Below, piece by piece: positions 11,476-23,890 of a stretch of DNA of 64,000 nucleotides. The translations under genes were made by a program, and so were the position numbers. Each line of letters starts with the position of its first letter. Position 1 is the stretch's first letter. The notes beneath the pieces are model-generated. The model did no database searches. It was not told where the DNA came from and was given only the letters and a program-made list of their open reading frames with translations. This stretch comes from Malacoraja senta (Eukaryota), in NCBI GenBank assembly GCA_038087875.1, contig CM075989.1:22384001-22448000 (forward strand), in the 5' to 3' direction.

Positions 11476-12536
11476 TAACCTTGACTCTTTGAAGATGTTG
11501 GTGGAGAAAATATCAAAATAACTCCTTGCCCTTCTGTCGAAGAGTTAGCGATTTGCAACCTGAACATTCCTGAATCCCAGGATGAAGGTCTTAAGTCAGG
11601 AGTGTTGTACTTGGAAAATAAATGTTTAACAACAATGGAAAATATTTATTGGCCTGGAAATATTTCCATTTAAAATGATTAAAAGCAATTAGCATGATGC
11701 TTTGTTAAATATAAAACAAGTATTAATAGATTTTTTGTTGCATATATAGCTTGCCTTTGATTGCAAACCTGAAGTGTTATAGATCTGTGATGAATTGCAT
11801 TCATATTTTCCATACTGTTAAAAAGACTAGTATTCGTTTTACAGATGGAACTGGAGCCACGATGTCTAGAAAAAAGAGTTGAGAGGCTGATGATAATCCT
11901 TAAGTGCAGCAATTGCAATTTTATAACTAGCATCCCAGGGGTCTTGTACAGTACTGCAAAACTTCTAAATTGCCATTTTGGGTTAGGAATGTCACAGGAA
12001 GTCACAATTAAGTGGTCTGATACCTCTGCATCTATGCTATGCATCACTGAAGATAGAAACATTGCCTAAAGCCTCTGCAGTTACAAAAAATAGTCAATAA
12101 AAGAAGGATCCATGAAATATTGATCAGAGCCTCGCTGGCTTTTTGGTGTTAGGAATAAAAAACAAGGTGAAATCTAGATTTAATAGTCCTGTCCTCCTAG
12201 GATTGTATGTGGTGCTATACAGCACATTATTGCACAGACCAAACAGCACCTTTTTGACATCCTATAAATAAAGAACCGCCGCTCTTGTCAGCAACATCTA
12301 TTGATTATTGGAGCAATTAGCTGCACTCAGTATGTTAATCATATGTGCTATAACGGTCTGGTTAATTGTACATCATTATCTCACACCTTGTATTTTACTA
12401 TCTTGCTGATTATAATATAATTTGTTTATGTTACAATTTGCCTTTGGATAATTAAGATAGTGAAAAACTAGGATATATTTTAGAACTGTTAGAATTCAAT
12501 ATAGGGCCAGGAATCAGGAGTATGTAGACATCTAAA

Positions 12537-12977
12537 AGCAGAGAGTAATTCAGAGGGTCAGGCAGCATCTCTGGAAGACACAGAAAGATGGCATTTCAGG
12601 TCGGGACCCTTCGTCAGACCAGTTGTAGTGCGGGGAAGCAATCTGGAGAAGAGGTGAAGGTGGGGCAACGCCCGGCAAGTGATAGACCGATACAGGTGAG
12701 GGGGGAGCTTGTTTGACCGATGAATGGACAAAGGCCAGAAGATGAGAAGAAGATAAAAGGCTGTGAGATAAGGAGAGACAAGAAGTGAAATATGAAGCCT
12801 GTGGAAGGGATATAGATGGAAATGGAATTAGCAGGAAATGGGAAAGGGTAGGGAAATGGAAGACGTGTGTGTGTGCATCAGGTGGGGCACAGGGAAGAGA
12901 GGGGGGAGAAAGAGGAAGTGGGTTGGGTGTTATCTAAAACTGAAGAAGTCAATGTTCATACCGTTGGGTTGTAACCT
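12537..12977 (-). mobile_element. Penelope-like element 3' end (GIY-YIG C-terminus, UTR, pseudo-LTR)
   Basis: Minus strand RLQPNGMNIDFFSFR* (ends 12930) matches LHPSGMNIDFSNFR* at 43.5 kb; degenerate hammerhead ctgacga..gaaatgcc at ~12590-12617. Confidence 0.8.
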
Positions 12978-13009
12978 ATACACCCTAACGCACATATGTG
13001 CGTGTATGG

Positions 13010-13033
13010 TATATATGTGCATGCCATATATAT

Positions 13034-13064
<31 letters not shown>

Positions 13065-13571
13065 ATGTGTGTATATATATATATGTATTAATATATATGT
13101 GTATATGTATATATGTGTATATATATATGTGTGTATATATGTGAATGTATATATATATATGTGTGTGTGTGTGTGTATGTATATATTTGTATGTATATGT
13201 ATATGTATATGTATTTGTATATGTATATATATATATATATGTATATATATATGTGTATATATATATATATATATGTGTGTGTGTATATTTATGTATATAT
13301 ATATATATGTATATGTGTGTATATGTATATATATATGTGTGTATATGTATATATATATATGCATATGTGTGTATATGTGTGTATATGTATATATATATGT
13401 ATATGCGTGTATGTGTATATATATATGTGTATATGTATATATATATGTATATGTGTGTATTTGTATATATATATATGTGTGTATATGTATATATATATGT
13501 ATATGTGTGTATTTGTATATATATATATATATGTATATGTGTGTATTTGTATATATATGTATATGTATATA
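13010..13571. repeat. Compound (TA)n/(TG)n microsatellite
   Basis: ~560 bp of almost uninterrupted purine-pyrimidine alternation. Confidence 0.98.
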
Positions 13572-13583
13572 AAAAGGTTGTGG

Positions 13584-13716
13584 GTCTGATGAAGGGTCTT
13601 GACCCAAAGCTTCACCTACAGTATTCCTTCTCTCCAGAGATGCTGCCTGACCCATTGTGTTACTCCAGCATTTTGCGTCTATCTTTGGTGTAAACCAGCC
13701 CTACAGCTCCTTACAC
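13584..13716 (+). mobile_element. PLE pseudo-LTR unit (degenerate hammerhead)
   Basis: gtctgatgaagggtcttgaccc..ctccagagatgctgcctgacc..ttactccagcattttg. Confidence 0.8.
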
Positions 13717-13894
13717 AGATATATAGACATCGTACTCTGTAAACACCAGAATAAGCAACAAAAGAAGTTCAGTATATATTAAAAAGAGACCAATAAAGAG
13801 ACAATAGTAGTGCATTTGCATCCAGATTCAAATATTGACCCAATAGTTTAAATTTAAAAGGAAACTCATTGCCATAAGACCTATGATATTTCTT

Positions 13895-14170
13895 AAGTCA
13901 TAAGGTCATAGGTGATACTAGAATTAGACCATTCGGCCCATCGAGTCTACTCCGCCTCCTAACCACATTCTCTCCCTCCTAACCCCATTCACCTGCCTAC
14001 TCCCCATAACCTCTGACACCCGTACTAATCAAGAACCGATCTACCTCTGCCTTAAAATATCCACTGACTGACTTGGCCTCCACAGCCATCTTCTTGTCTT
14101 TCTGTGGCAAAGACGTCCACAGATTCACTACCCTCTGACTGAAGAAATTTCCCCTTCCTAAAAGAACCTC
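13895..14170 (-). mobile_element. CR1 3' fragment
   Basis: NFFSQRVVNLW.SLPQ..FKAEVDRFL on minus strand. Confidence 0.85.
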
Positions 14171-15162
14171 CTCTGTCTTTACATTGGTCAAAAGTGTACA
14201 TTTCAACATGGTGACGTTATGCAAAACATTGGTTTAACATTAATTGTTTAAAGAAATAAATCGCTCGTCTTCTAATTGCATTCAGGGACTGGACGCCCAA
14301 CTCATTCTTACATTCCAATTACCCTGTGCTCCCTTTATCACGGAAGCAAAATTGGACTCTACATTGGGACACGAGTAACATAATTCTTGAAAATGACTTT
14401 ATTTTGTTTTGTTTTAACCTGCAGCAATCTGAGACGAGTACTTTGAACCTGTAATGATGAATATACGTGGGTTAGAATTCAGGGTTTACACACCTGGAAT
14501 ATTAACGCCAGAAGCCATTGTTGTTGAGTGGTTTTGCTCATCTTGGTAAATGGATTTGCCTCCATTTTAATGACGTGGTCTTAGCCTGCGAAGAAACTCC
14601 AGGGAAGAGTTTCTTTGATCTACGCTGTGGCACAGTGCATATTGGAAAATTGGATGCATTATAGACAGCAACCCAATTTTCCTCCATTTAGTTTAATCAC
14701 GGAAAATCAAATGGATTCCTTTACATTTCCACGGCTCGGACTGATTTTTTTTCCCCAGCAGTTGCTGCAGTGAGACTGTCTGATGAGTCAAATTGCAAAG
14801 ACCAGGAATAATTCTCTTTGTTTTTGTGTCACGCTGTCATCTCTTGCATCTCCATCATTTTCCCTGTTAGGTTTCAGGGTCTTGACATCGTTGGTGCTGT
14901 CTGAAATGTCGTCAGTTTTTCCGGAGTCAAGTGTGTTTAATTGTACTGGCAACAGAACAACAAAATTCTTACTTGCAGCATTTTTAAATGTTTTTCTTAC
15001 TTACAGGTCTGTAAACGCCAAACACACAGATAATGCTTTTTTAAATCAATGAGAAACAATTACTGAGTATTGCAGAGTTTACTCTAACTTTGGCTGTCGA
15101 CAAAGGACCGTTCTTCATGCCCTTGAGGTTGTTGGTCAGCTAGATAAGTCCTCACCATTAAA

Positions 15163-15292
15163 GTCTGAAGAAGGGTCTTGACCCAAAACGAAACCCATTC
15201 CTTTTCTCCAGAGATGCTGTCCGACCCACTGAGTTACTCCAGCTTTTTGTGTCTACCTTTGGTTTAAATCAGCATCTGCAGTTCCTTCCTAT
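15163..15292 (+). mobile_element. Solo PLE pseudo-LTR unit
   Basis: Full unit; imperfect 12-bp flanking duplication gtcYtcacYatt. Confidence 0.8.
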
Positions 15293-15354
15293 GTGTCTTC
15301 ACTATTGATCTATACTTCACCATGTACAAGTTGGGATGAAATATTCTCTAGTCA

Positions 15355-15690
15355 TTGAATCAAAGAGCGACACATTGTGGAAACAGGCCCTTCAGCCCAA
15401 CTTGCGCACAAAGGCCAACATGTCCGGGCTACACTAGTGCCACCTGCCAGCATTTGGACAATATCCCTCCAAATCTGTCCTAACCATGTAGCTGTCTAAC
15501 TGTTTCTTAAATGTTGGGATAGTCCCTGCTTTAACTACCTCCTCTGGCAGCTTGTTCCATACACCCACCACCCTTTGTGTGAAAAAGTTGCCCCTCAGAT
15601 TCCTATTCAATCTTTTCCCCTTCACCTTGAACATATGTCCTGTTGTCCTCTATTCACCTATTCTGGGCAAGAGACTCTGTGCATCTAAAG
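15355..15690 (-). mobile_element. CR1 3' fragment (subfamily sharing the SINE tail)
   Basis: FFTQRVVGVWNKLPEEVV.AGTI..FK..LD..M; tail gggctgaagggcctgtttcc. Confidence 0.88.
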
Positions 15691-15875
15691 AGACTCTGGC
15701 ATCTTCTCCAGCAACTCACGCTAAACAAAAATTGTAAGTTGTCTTTATTTTCCATGCAACTTTAACACAAAATGTACAAAATGATTTGCAATAATTGGTC
15801 AATGCAACACCATCCCACCATCATTTTATTGCACTAAATGCTTCTTCTTGGATGGTATGTGTCAGTATAATTTTC

Positions 15876-16159
15876 AGTTTTAGTTTTGGAGATGCAGCAT
15901 AGAACCAGGCCCTTCGGCCCACCGAGTCCAGGCCGACCTTTGGTCACCTCTCAACACTAGTTCCATGTTATCCTACTGCCGACACATTAGGGGCAATTTT
16001 ATAGAGGCCAATTAACCTTCAGACCTGCACTTCTCTGGAATGTGGGAGGAAACCGGAGCACCTGGATGAAACCCACGCAGGTCACGGGGAGAGCGTGGAA
16101 ACTCCGCACAGACAGCACCCAAGGTAGGGATCAAATCCGCATCTCTGGCGCCCTGAGGC
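15876..16159 (-). mobile_element. HE1-like V-SINE
   Basis: Reverse complement of V-domain and tail. Confidence 0.85.
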
Positions 16160-16449
16160 ATCACCTACCTCTACCAGTACCTATAGAAATGATTATTAAT
16201 AGATTAATATACAGCAGCCAACTGCATCTTATGCACCATTACAGGCTTTATGTCTATAAAAATACCACAGATTGTGCCCATTCTGAATTCTTACGGACAA
16301 ATATCCATCACACGGGTGAAGAGTTCTATTCTCCAGTTCCTGAAGGTTAATATAAAACAAAGTTTATGTTGCAGTCACTCCATCCACAACATGATATCGC
16401 TGGTCCTCATCAAATGGGGAATCACAGGAACAAATGCACAGGAGATTTG

Positions 16450-16975
16450 ATTGAGTTTAAGTTTATTGTCACGTGTACCGAGGTACAGTGAAAAGTTTTT
16501 GTTGCGTGCCAACCAGTCAGCGGAAAGACAATACATGATTACAATCGAACCATCCACAAGGTACAGATACAGAATAAAGGGAATAACATTTAGTACACGG
16601 TAACGTCCAGTAAAGTCCGATTAATGATGGTCTGAGTGCCTCCACTGAGGTAGGTAGTATCTCAGGACCACTCTCTAGTTGTTGATAGGATGGGTCAGTT
16701 GCCTGATAACAGCTGGGAACAAATTGCCCCTCAACGTGGAGGTTTGCGTTTCCACGCCACTATACCTTTTGCCTGATGGGAGAGGGGAGAAGAGGGAGTG
16801 ACCGGGTTGTGGCTGGTCCTTGCTGATGCTGCTGGCCTTGCCCAGGCAGCGTGAAGTGCAAATGGAGTCAATAGAAGGGAAGTTGATTTGTGTGACGGTC
16901 TGGGCTGCGTCCACAATTCTCTGCAATATCTTGCGGTCTTGGATGGAGCTGTTCCCAAACTATACTGTGACATTA
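16450..16975 (-). mobile_element. Rex1/Babar 3' fragment
   Basis: QRIVDAAQTVTQ.NFPSIDSI.TSRCLGKASS..P.PGHSLFSPLPSGKRY; tail with tgtacctcggtaca hairpin. Confidence 0.88.
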
Positions 16976-17618
16976 ACATAATTTATTCATCGACAGTCCG
17001 CAGTGAGCTAATTTAGCTCATAACCCACATGCAAAAGAAACTCAAATCAGTTCACTTCCAGTCGCAGACTTGGCCCACTGCTCATAATGTTTATTTTGTT
17101 ATCACCACAGTGTCACAATGACTCTCCTGTGGAACAGAGACTGAATTATCAGATCAAATGTATGCACAGTATGCACCGTGCCCTCTTTGACTGGCTTTAA
17201 TGATAAACCAGTTAATTGCTATTTAAATTGGTGTTGATTAAAGTTTACGATTCATTATAAATTTGATTGATCAGTATCACCGTAAACTTTGCAGCATTTT
17301 TACCAGCTGAATATTTTAAATGCTAATTAGACTATGCATACAGCATTTTCACTGCCATACAAGATTCAGTTCCATTTAGAGCTTACCATCATTTCCAACT
17401 TTTATTTAAGTTCTAATACTTTTCAATAATTTGCCACTTCCATCCTGATAGCCAACTTCCGTGTTTATAATCACACTTCCATTTTTTATTTCATTTAATT
17501 GCAATTCCATCCACATTCCTTGGCGATAATTCTCTATTTGCCCAGGAGTCTGCAGTTTAAACCCTATAAACGTTCAGTCAAGCAGGCAGCAGCTCAACAA
17601 TGTAGATGGCTGCAGTAG

Positions 17619-18068
17619 GGCGGCATGGTGGCGGAGAGGTATGGTTGCTGCCTTACAGCGCCAGAGACCCAGGTTCGATCCTGGCTATGGGTGCTTGTCT
17701 GTACGGAGTTTGTACGTTCTCCCCGTGACCTGCGTGGGTCTTCTCTGAGAACTTCAGTTTCCTCCCACACTCCAAAGACGTATCAGTTTGTAAGTTAATT
17801 GGCTTGTTATTAAAATAAATGTAAAAAATGTCTGAAGAAGGGTCTCGATCCAAAACATCGCCCGTTCCTTCTCTCCAGAGATGCTGCCTGTCCCGCTGAG
17901 TTAATACAGCATTTTGTGTCTAATTTTGATTTAACCCAGCATCTGCAGTTCCTTCCTACACATAAAAAATGTTCCTAGTGTAGGATAGAGTTAGTGTGTG
18001 GGAGTCACTAGTCAGCGCGGACCCGGTGGGTCTAAGGGCCTGTCTCCACGCTGTATCTCTAAACTAAA
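17619..18068 (+). mobile_element. HE1-like V-SINE interrupted by a PLE unit (17830-17962)
   Basis: SINE halves rejoin across the insert; 10-bp duplication taaaaaatgt at 17822-17831 and 17963-17972. Confidence 0.9.
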
Positions 18069-20078
18069 GAAGGATTTTATTGTTATGTAATTGCAATATT
18101 CAACATGTAAGCAAAGCTAAATTTCATGGTCGCGATCCCCATTTCATTCACATCTATTGTCTCCTTTCTGACTTGTGAATCTATTGCTAAGGCAGCCACT
18201 ATCAACTGTAAAGGTGCTTGGCAGAGGCATTTGCTGGCCAAAAAAATAGATAATTGTAAATTATTCATTACCATCACTCGACTGAGATATCTCAGTTGCT
18301 TTTTTGGATAGGAGTGAGGTTATTATTTATCTGTAGTTAGCAGTGCGCTGAAAACCACCTTCATCGTTGACTATGAAGGAACATGTGGTTGGAGAACATC
18401 TCTGTAGATTTGTGGTTGGCCTGTACAAGATTTCCTCCACCTCTTACAGTAAATGTCCTGTATATTGATCTTTCCCATAAATGCTCCCAGAAATAAATGC
18501 TGTTTACCTGACAACTAATATTAGAACACTTAAATAGCATGATCCTATTCTAAACAAAATGCATTGACTGTGAATCATTCTTGTAATATAAATATTTCTA
18601 TCACATTTGCGATACTTTCTAAGGCTAATTGGCATGCCATTGGTATTAAGGCATAAATACTGCATCGCAAAGAATATTTGGCAGCATATGTCCTGTGCCT
18701 TCAGATGCAAATTTGTATGAAACCATGTGCACAAATCAACACAGTTTTTTTTTATTGCAAATATTTAATTCGGTTTTCCTTCCCCTGTCTATCTAGATGA
18801 GATTTGTAATTAAAATCTACCTGATGAATCATTTTGATTGAATCATGCACTAAAAATGATATCCATTTCATGTTCCATCTGCCATGAAGCAAAAACACTT
18901 CAAAACAACGGAAAAATACAAAACCAACAATAATCAAAACAAAAAATCTTCCAGGGACAATTCTGAAATGATTTTCCTATTCAGTCCAATGATTTGAACC
19001 AGATACATAAATTAATAGTTTCTATATTAATGCAAGCTCATATGAGTGCATCTAGAGATTGTTCCATGGACAAATCTCTGATTCATCTCCTTGTAAACTT
19101 TATTGAAGTCTACCATCTTCATAAGACTGGGGAGAATCAAACATTTGAGTCTCAGCCAAGTTTGGCTCAAAACTAATCTTTTCCCCTCTCTTATGCAGAA
19201 GTCCCTGGAATGTAATAAAAGCAGGTTGTTCTGCTAAAACAAATACGTTTTACTTTGCCAGAGATTGTGTTCATTAAGGTGAGTGATAACAGCATTAGGG
19301 AGTGGAGCATTTTACTATTTTAAACAATGGGGCGATCATTTTATGAACATGCATTCCCAGAAGCATAAATCCTCTGCAATATTCTTTCAGTTTGTTTCAT
19401 TGGATCAAAAGTTACAGAGGGCATATAAAAACATAGAAAGTAGGTGCGGGAGGAGACCATTTGGCCCTTCGAGCTAATTCATTGTGATCATGGCTGATCA
19501 TCCACAATCAGTAACCCGCGCCTGCCTGCCTTCTCCCCATATCCCTTGATTCCGCTAGCCCCTGTGATCTCTGTGATCTGCCAATTTAGTGCACAAGATA
19601 GGCCTGGAAACATACTTTCATCAGAGTAGCTCTTAGGAATCAACGTCAGGTACTTGCAAAAGAAGTACAATTGGAATCAAGTGCTGGTTAAAAGGAGACT
19701 TGCTCTTTGATCATCTTGGGTATTGATGCAGAATAAAGCTCAGCTCCAAGTATATACATCAGTCCTAAAAGTGCATGTCTCCTACACTGGCCTGACATTT
19801 CATATTTCTCATCTCTGAGCTTCAGATATTGCCAATTAATGCTGAAACAAGAGCACTTGTGTGTTGGAAGTTTGTGTGCATCAGGAGCTGGATAAGCCTG
19901 AGATGTAAAGCCTGGACAAGCAGTCAAGAGATGTAAAAGTCATAGGTCTCCATTAGTCTGAGCTGAATTAGGCTTCTGCTATCAAAAGTGAAAGGGGAGA
20001 GTTTTCAATGGCATCACCCTTTTGCTCCAACTCAGTATTTTTACCAAACAGAAAAAAAACTGCAAGATTAAATCTTGT

Positions 20079-20380
20079 GGGTGGCACTGTGGCGCAGCGG
20101 TAGAGTTGCTGCCTTACAACGCCAGAGACCCGGGTTCGATCCTGACTACGGGTGCTGTCTGTATGGAGTTTGTACGTTCTCCCCGTGACCTGTATGGGTT
20201 TTCTCTAAGATCTTTGGTTTCCTCCCATACTCCAAGATGTACAGGTTTGTAGGTTAATTGGCTTGGTATGAATGTAAATTGCTCCTAGCGTGTGCAAGAT
20301 GGCGTTAATGTGCGAGGATCGGTGGTCGGTGCGGACTCGGTGGGCTGAAGGGCCTGTTTCCTCACTGTAGCTCTAAACCA
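20079..20380 (+). mobile_element. HE1-like V-SINE, near full length
   Basis: A box tggcgcagcgg, B box ggttcgatcc, V-domain, tail gggctgaagggcctgtttcc. Confidence 0.92.
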
Positions 20381-20849
20381 TACTGAACTTAAATGGAAAG
20401 TAATCCATGCTTAGGATCCACTCTACACCTTCCTAACCCTCAGCATTTTTAAGAAAACCTTCCCGAAACATTTCTCTGCTGAATATTTACCAGAAAACGA
20501 AAAATAAAAACAACTGCAGATGTTAGAAAAGTAAAACAAAAAACAGAAAATGCTGGAAACACTCAACCAATCAGGCAGCATCTGTGGAAAACCACTGGCC
20601 TAATGTTTGATGTTGAAGATGCTTCATTGGATAAATAAATATTTGCATCGTCGCAGGATGTTTGAATATAACGATTAATTCTGTTTCTCTCTCCACAGAG
20701 ACTGCCCGACCTACTGAGTGTTTTGGTATTTTGGGGGGATTTTCAGAAGTATCTTGCGTCAGATGATGATGTTAAAGATGATATTAAAAAGCTGTTTATA
20801 TTAGAGATGAGTTGATCCTTTCCAAGATTAGATTTTTTTTGGACTCATT

Positions 20850-21075
20850 TTAACTTTTTCCACACAAAGGGTGGTGGGTGTGTGGAACGAGCTGCCAGAG
20901 GAGGTAGTTGAGGCAGGGACTATCCCAACATTTAAGAAACAGTTTGACAGGTACATGGATAGGACAGGTTTGGAGGGATGGTAGCCAAATGCAGGCAGGT
21001 GGGACTAGAGTAGCTGGGACATTTTGGCCGGTGTGGGAAAGTTGGGCCGAAGGGCCGGTTTCCTCGCTGTGTGAC
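20850..21075 (+). mobile_element. CR1 3' fragment
   Basis: acacaaagggtggtgggtgtgtggaacgagctgccagaggag..gggccgaagggcc. Confidence 0.85.
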
Positions 21076-22019
21076 ACGATGGCTACAATTTGTACCATGT
21101 TCAGATTCAAAAAACAATTTGGATGAATGTTAAGGACTGGGAATGGTACTCAACCTTTCCTTTGGGCGGTACTATGGTGATCTTTAGTGTCCACCCTGGA
21201 AGGTAGACATGACTCCCATTTTATGCCAGCCAGATATAATCTTGCGGAACAGAAACCAGACGTTTATGCTCCTGTCCTAACCCACTGCTATCACATCTAC
21301 CCTGATAAAAGCTGAGCCCAAAACCTGAGGCAGCAACTTGTTTTCTCATTAAGATGTGAACTCAGCTAAATCAACACTCTAGACTCTTGGTGGACTGTTC
21401 AGCATCTCCTGGGATGGAGCCACCAAGTGCAACAAAGTCCACCCTGAGCCACAGAGTCAACACCTTGCAGGAACAGATGCTGGGCCATCCCACGAGCCAA
21501 CACAAAAAGGTGAAGTCAAACCTCAGGAGCCACAACAAACAAACGGAACGGCAAAGGTATTGAACAAATTAGACCTCCCACCTTCGACGGGAAACAAAAG
21601 ATGTAAACCCGCTAACTAATGCATGCTTACTGTTCGGCTCAGGGCCAGGGAGAAGGGGTTAGGAAGAGAAGGCACCCAGGGAGTGAGCAGACGGGAGTCG
21701 GCTGCAAAAGGTATTCGCTCTACTCCATCACAAGCGCGCAAAGCCTTCAGCCATTCATCAGCAGATGACTTTGTTGTTAGTTTTGCCCATTCTTATATTG
21801 TTTGCTGTCCAGTGTATCCAGGTGGAATGTGCCTCGAGTTTCCCCGGGGAGTTCCTGAGGACAATATGGCACATGGATCACATTGTGAAGTGTTATACCT
21901 CAAACGAAAGTAGCCAGGGTAGAAATGCAAACTAAAGCAAAACGAGAATCTTGATGTGTTTCTCCACAAGTCCTAATATCTGAAGTAAAGAACTATTAAA
22001 CTTTCATTGGACTCATCAA

Positions 22020-22320
22020 GGGGCGCAGCAGTAGAGTTGCTGCCTCACAGCACCAGAGACGCGGGTTTGATCCTGACCACGGGCGCTGTCTGTACAGAGT
22101 TTGTTTGTTCTCCCCGTGACCTGCGTGAGTTTTCTCCGGGATCTCCGGTTTCCTCCCACATTCCAAAGACATAGATTTGTGGATTAATTGGCTTGGTATA
22201 ATTGTAAATTGTCCCTAATGTGTGTAGGATTGTGTTAGTGTGCGGGGATCGCTGGTCAGTGCGGACCTGGTGGGCCGAAGGGCCTGTTTCCGCTCTACAT
22301 TTCTAAACTAAACTAAACTA
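22020..22320 (+). mobile_element. HE1-like V-SINE (followed by Rex tail 22320-22490)
   Basis: Head, V-domain, (ctaaa)n end. Confidence 0.9.
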
Positions 22321-22717
22321 TTGGACTTCAATGTTTTTTTTGCACTAAATGGTGTACCTTTGATCGTTTATCTGTGTACTGCGGATAGCTTGATTGCATT
22401 CATATATATAGCCTTTTCTTTGACTGGATAGCATGCGAACAAAATCTTTTCACTGTCCCTCAGCAAACATGACAATGATAAACTAAACTAAATTAAAAAT
22501 TACAATAAAATCGCCGCTATTAATTAAGAAAACCATCAAATGAATACAAAATAAAATGTGCACCAATGAGAAAATTAAGTTCAATCTTAAGAAGGGTCTG
22601 AAGAAGGATCTTGACCCGAAACATCACCTATTCCTTTTCTCCGGAGATGCTGCCTGACCCACTGAGTCACTCTAGCAATTTGTGTCCTTCTTTAGTTTAA
22701 CATATATAATTTCAACA

Positions 22718-23068
22718 TGTGTACAAAGTCATGAGAGGAATAGATCGGGTAGACGCTCAGAGTCTCTTGCAGAGAGTAGGGGAATCGAGGACCAGAGGGC
22801 CTGGGGTTTAAGATGAAGGGGGAAAGATTTAATAGGAATCCAAGGGGTAACTTGTTCACACAGAGGGTGGTGGGTGTATGGAAGAACATGCAAGAGGAGG
22901 TAGTTGAGGCAGGGACGATCTCAACGTTTAAGAAACCATTTGACAGGTACAGATTGCAGGGATATGGGCCAAATGCAGGCAGGTGGGACTAGTGTAGATG
23001 GTGCATGTTGGTTGGTGTGGGCAAGTTGAGCCGTAGGGCCTGTTTCCATGCTGTATCACTGTATGACT
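22718..23068 (+). mobile_element. CR1 3' fragment
   Basis: agagtaggggaatcgaggaccagagg..acacagagggtggtgggtgtatggaa. Confidence 0.85.
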
Positions 23069-23671
23069 TAATACTGCTCCTTACAAATAAAAAATATCAC
23101 ATATTAATAACATCTGCCGAGCAATCTGAGAATGGCGTGTTAAATTAGTCATTGCTTGGTGCTCTTAACAACACTAAATGTGGACAAGATATACTGCAAA
23201 GAGACTTTGGAAGGTCAGCATTTTAAATGATGTTTCAAGCTGTAATTACAAGTACCAGCGGGTGTCTTTAAAGCAGGTACATGATGAGAAATGAGTCTGT
23301 TTGTGTGTAATATAAAGATGAGATCATCAGACATATTCTGTAATTGTAGAAATTATATTTCAATTATTCCGGCGTGCCATTGTCTCCTGGCTCACCATCT
23401 TCAGATGGATGAACTTTGTCTCGGAAGCATCGTAGATTTTGGTCAAGTGTACACATAATTGTCACAAGTAATTAAATTACATTTAAGAGCCTGTTCATTA
23501 ACACAAGCCTCCTCAGAGCTAGATGACCTTTTTTGGGGGTTTTAAGGGTCCTGTCCCAAAACGGCACCTGTCCATGTTCTCCATAGATGCTGCTTGACCA
23601 GGTTTGTGTCCTTTTTTGTAAACCAACATCTGCAGTTCCTAGTTTCTACATATTCATCATCCTTCTATAAT

Positions 23672-23890
23672 ATGATCTTATAGAAACGTATAATATTCTT
23701 AAGGGATTGGGCAGGCTAGATGCAGGAAAAATGTTCCCCATGTTGGGGGAGTTCAGAACCAGGGGGTCACAGTTTAAGAATAAGGGATTACTTAGGACTC
23801 ACTTAGGACTGAGATGAGGAAAAACTTTTTCACCCAGACAATTGTGATTCTGTGAAATTCTCTGCCACAGAAAGTAGTGGAGGCCAATTA
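23672..23890 (+). mobile_element. CR1 fragment flanked by PLE units (23545-23650 plus, 23893-23945 minus)
   Basis: gatcttatagaaacgtataa..gctagatgcaggaaaaatgttccc. Confidence 0.8.

Noticed and set aside
11489..11673. ~60-codon open frame (FEDVGGENIKITPCPSVEELAIC..)
   Set aside because: No convincing splice sites or homology; length expected by chance.
12838..13693. Long ORFs (108-244 aa) on both strands
   Set aside because: Stop-free translation of the TA/TG microsatellite (Y/I/C/V/M or H/T/Y/I repeats).
14780..14810. ctgatga-gtc..gac resembling an independent intronic hammerhead
   Set aside because: Stem II is followed by cagg rather than GAAA; no stem III or UH site.
20079..20150. tRNA gene (A and B boxes present)
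   Set aside because: It is the tRNA-derived head of a V-SINE and runs straight into the V-domain; the same applies to all such heads.
21383..21619. Start-less open frame (..KVHPEPQSQHLAGTDAGPSHEPTQKGEVKPQEPQQ..)
   Set aside because: Weak splice acceptor, low-complexity peptide, no recognisable homology.
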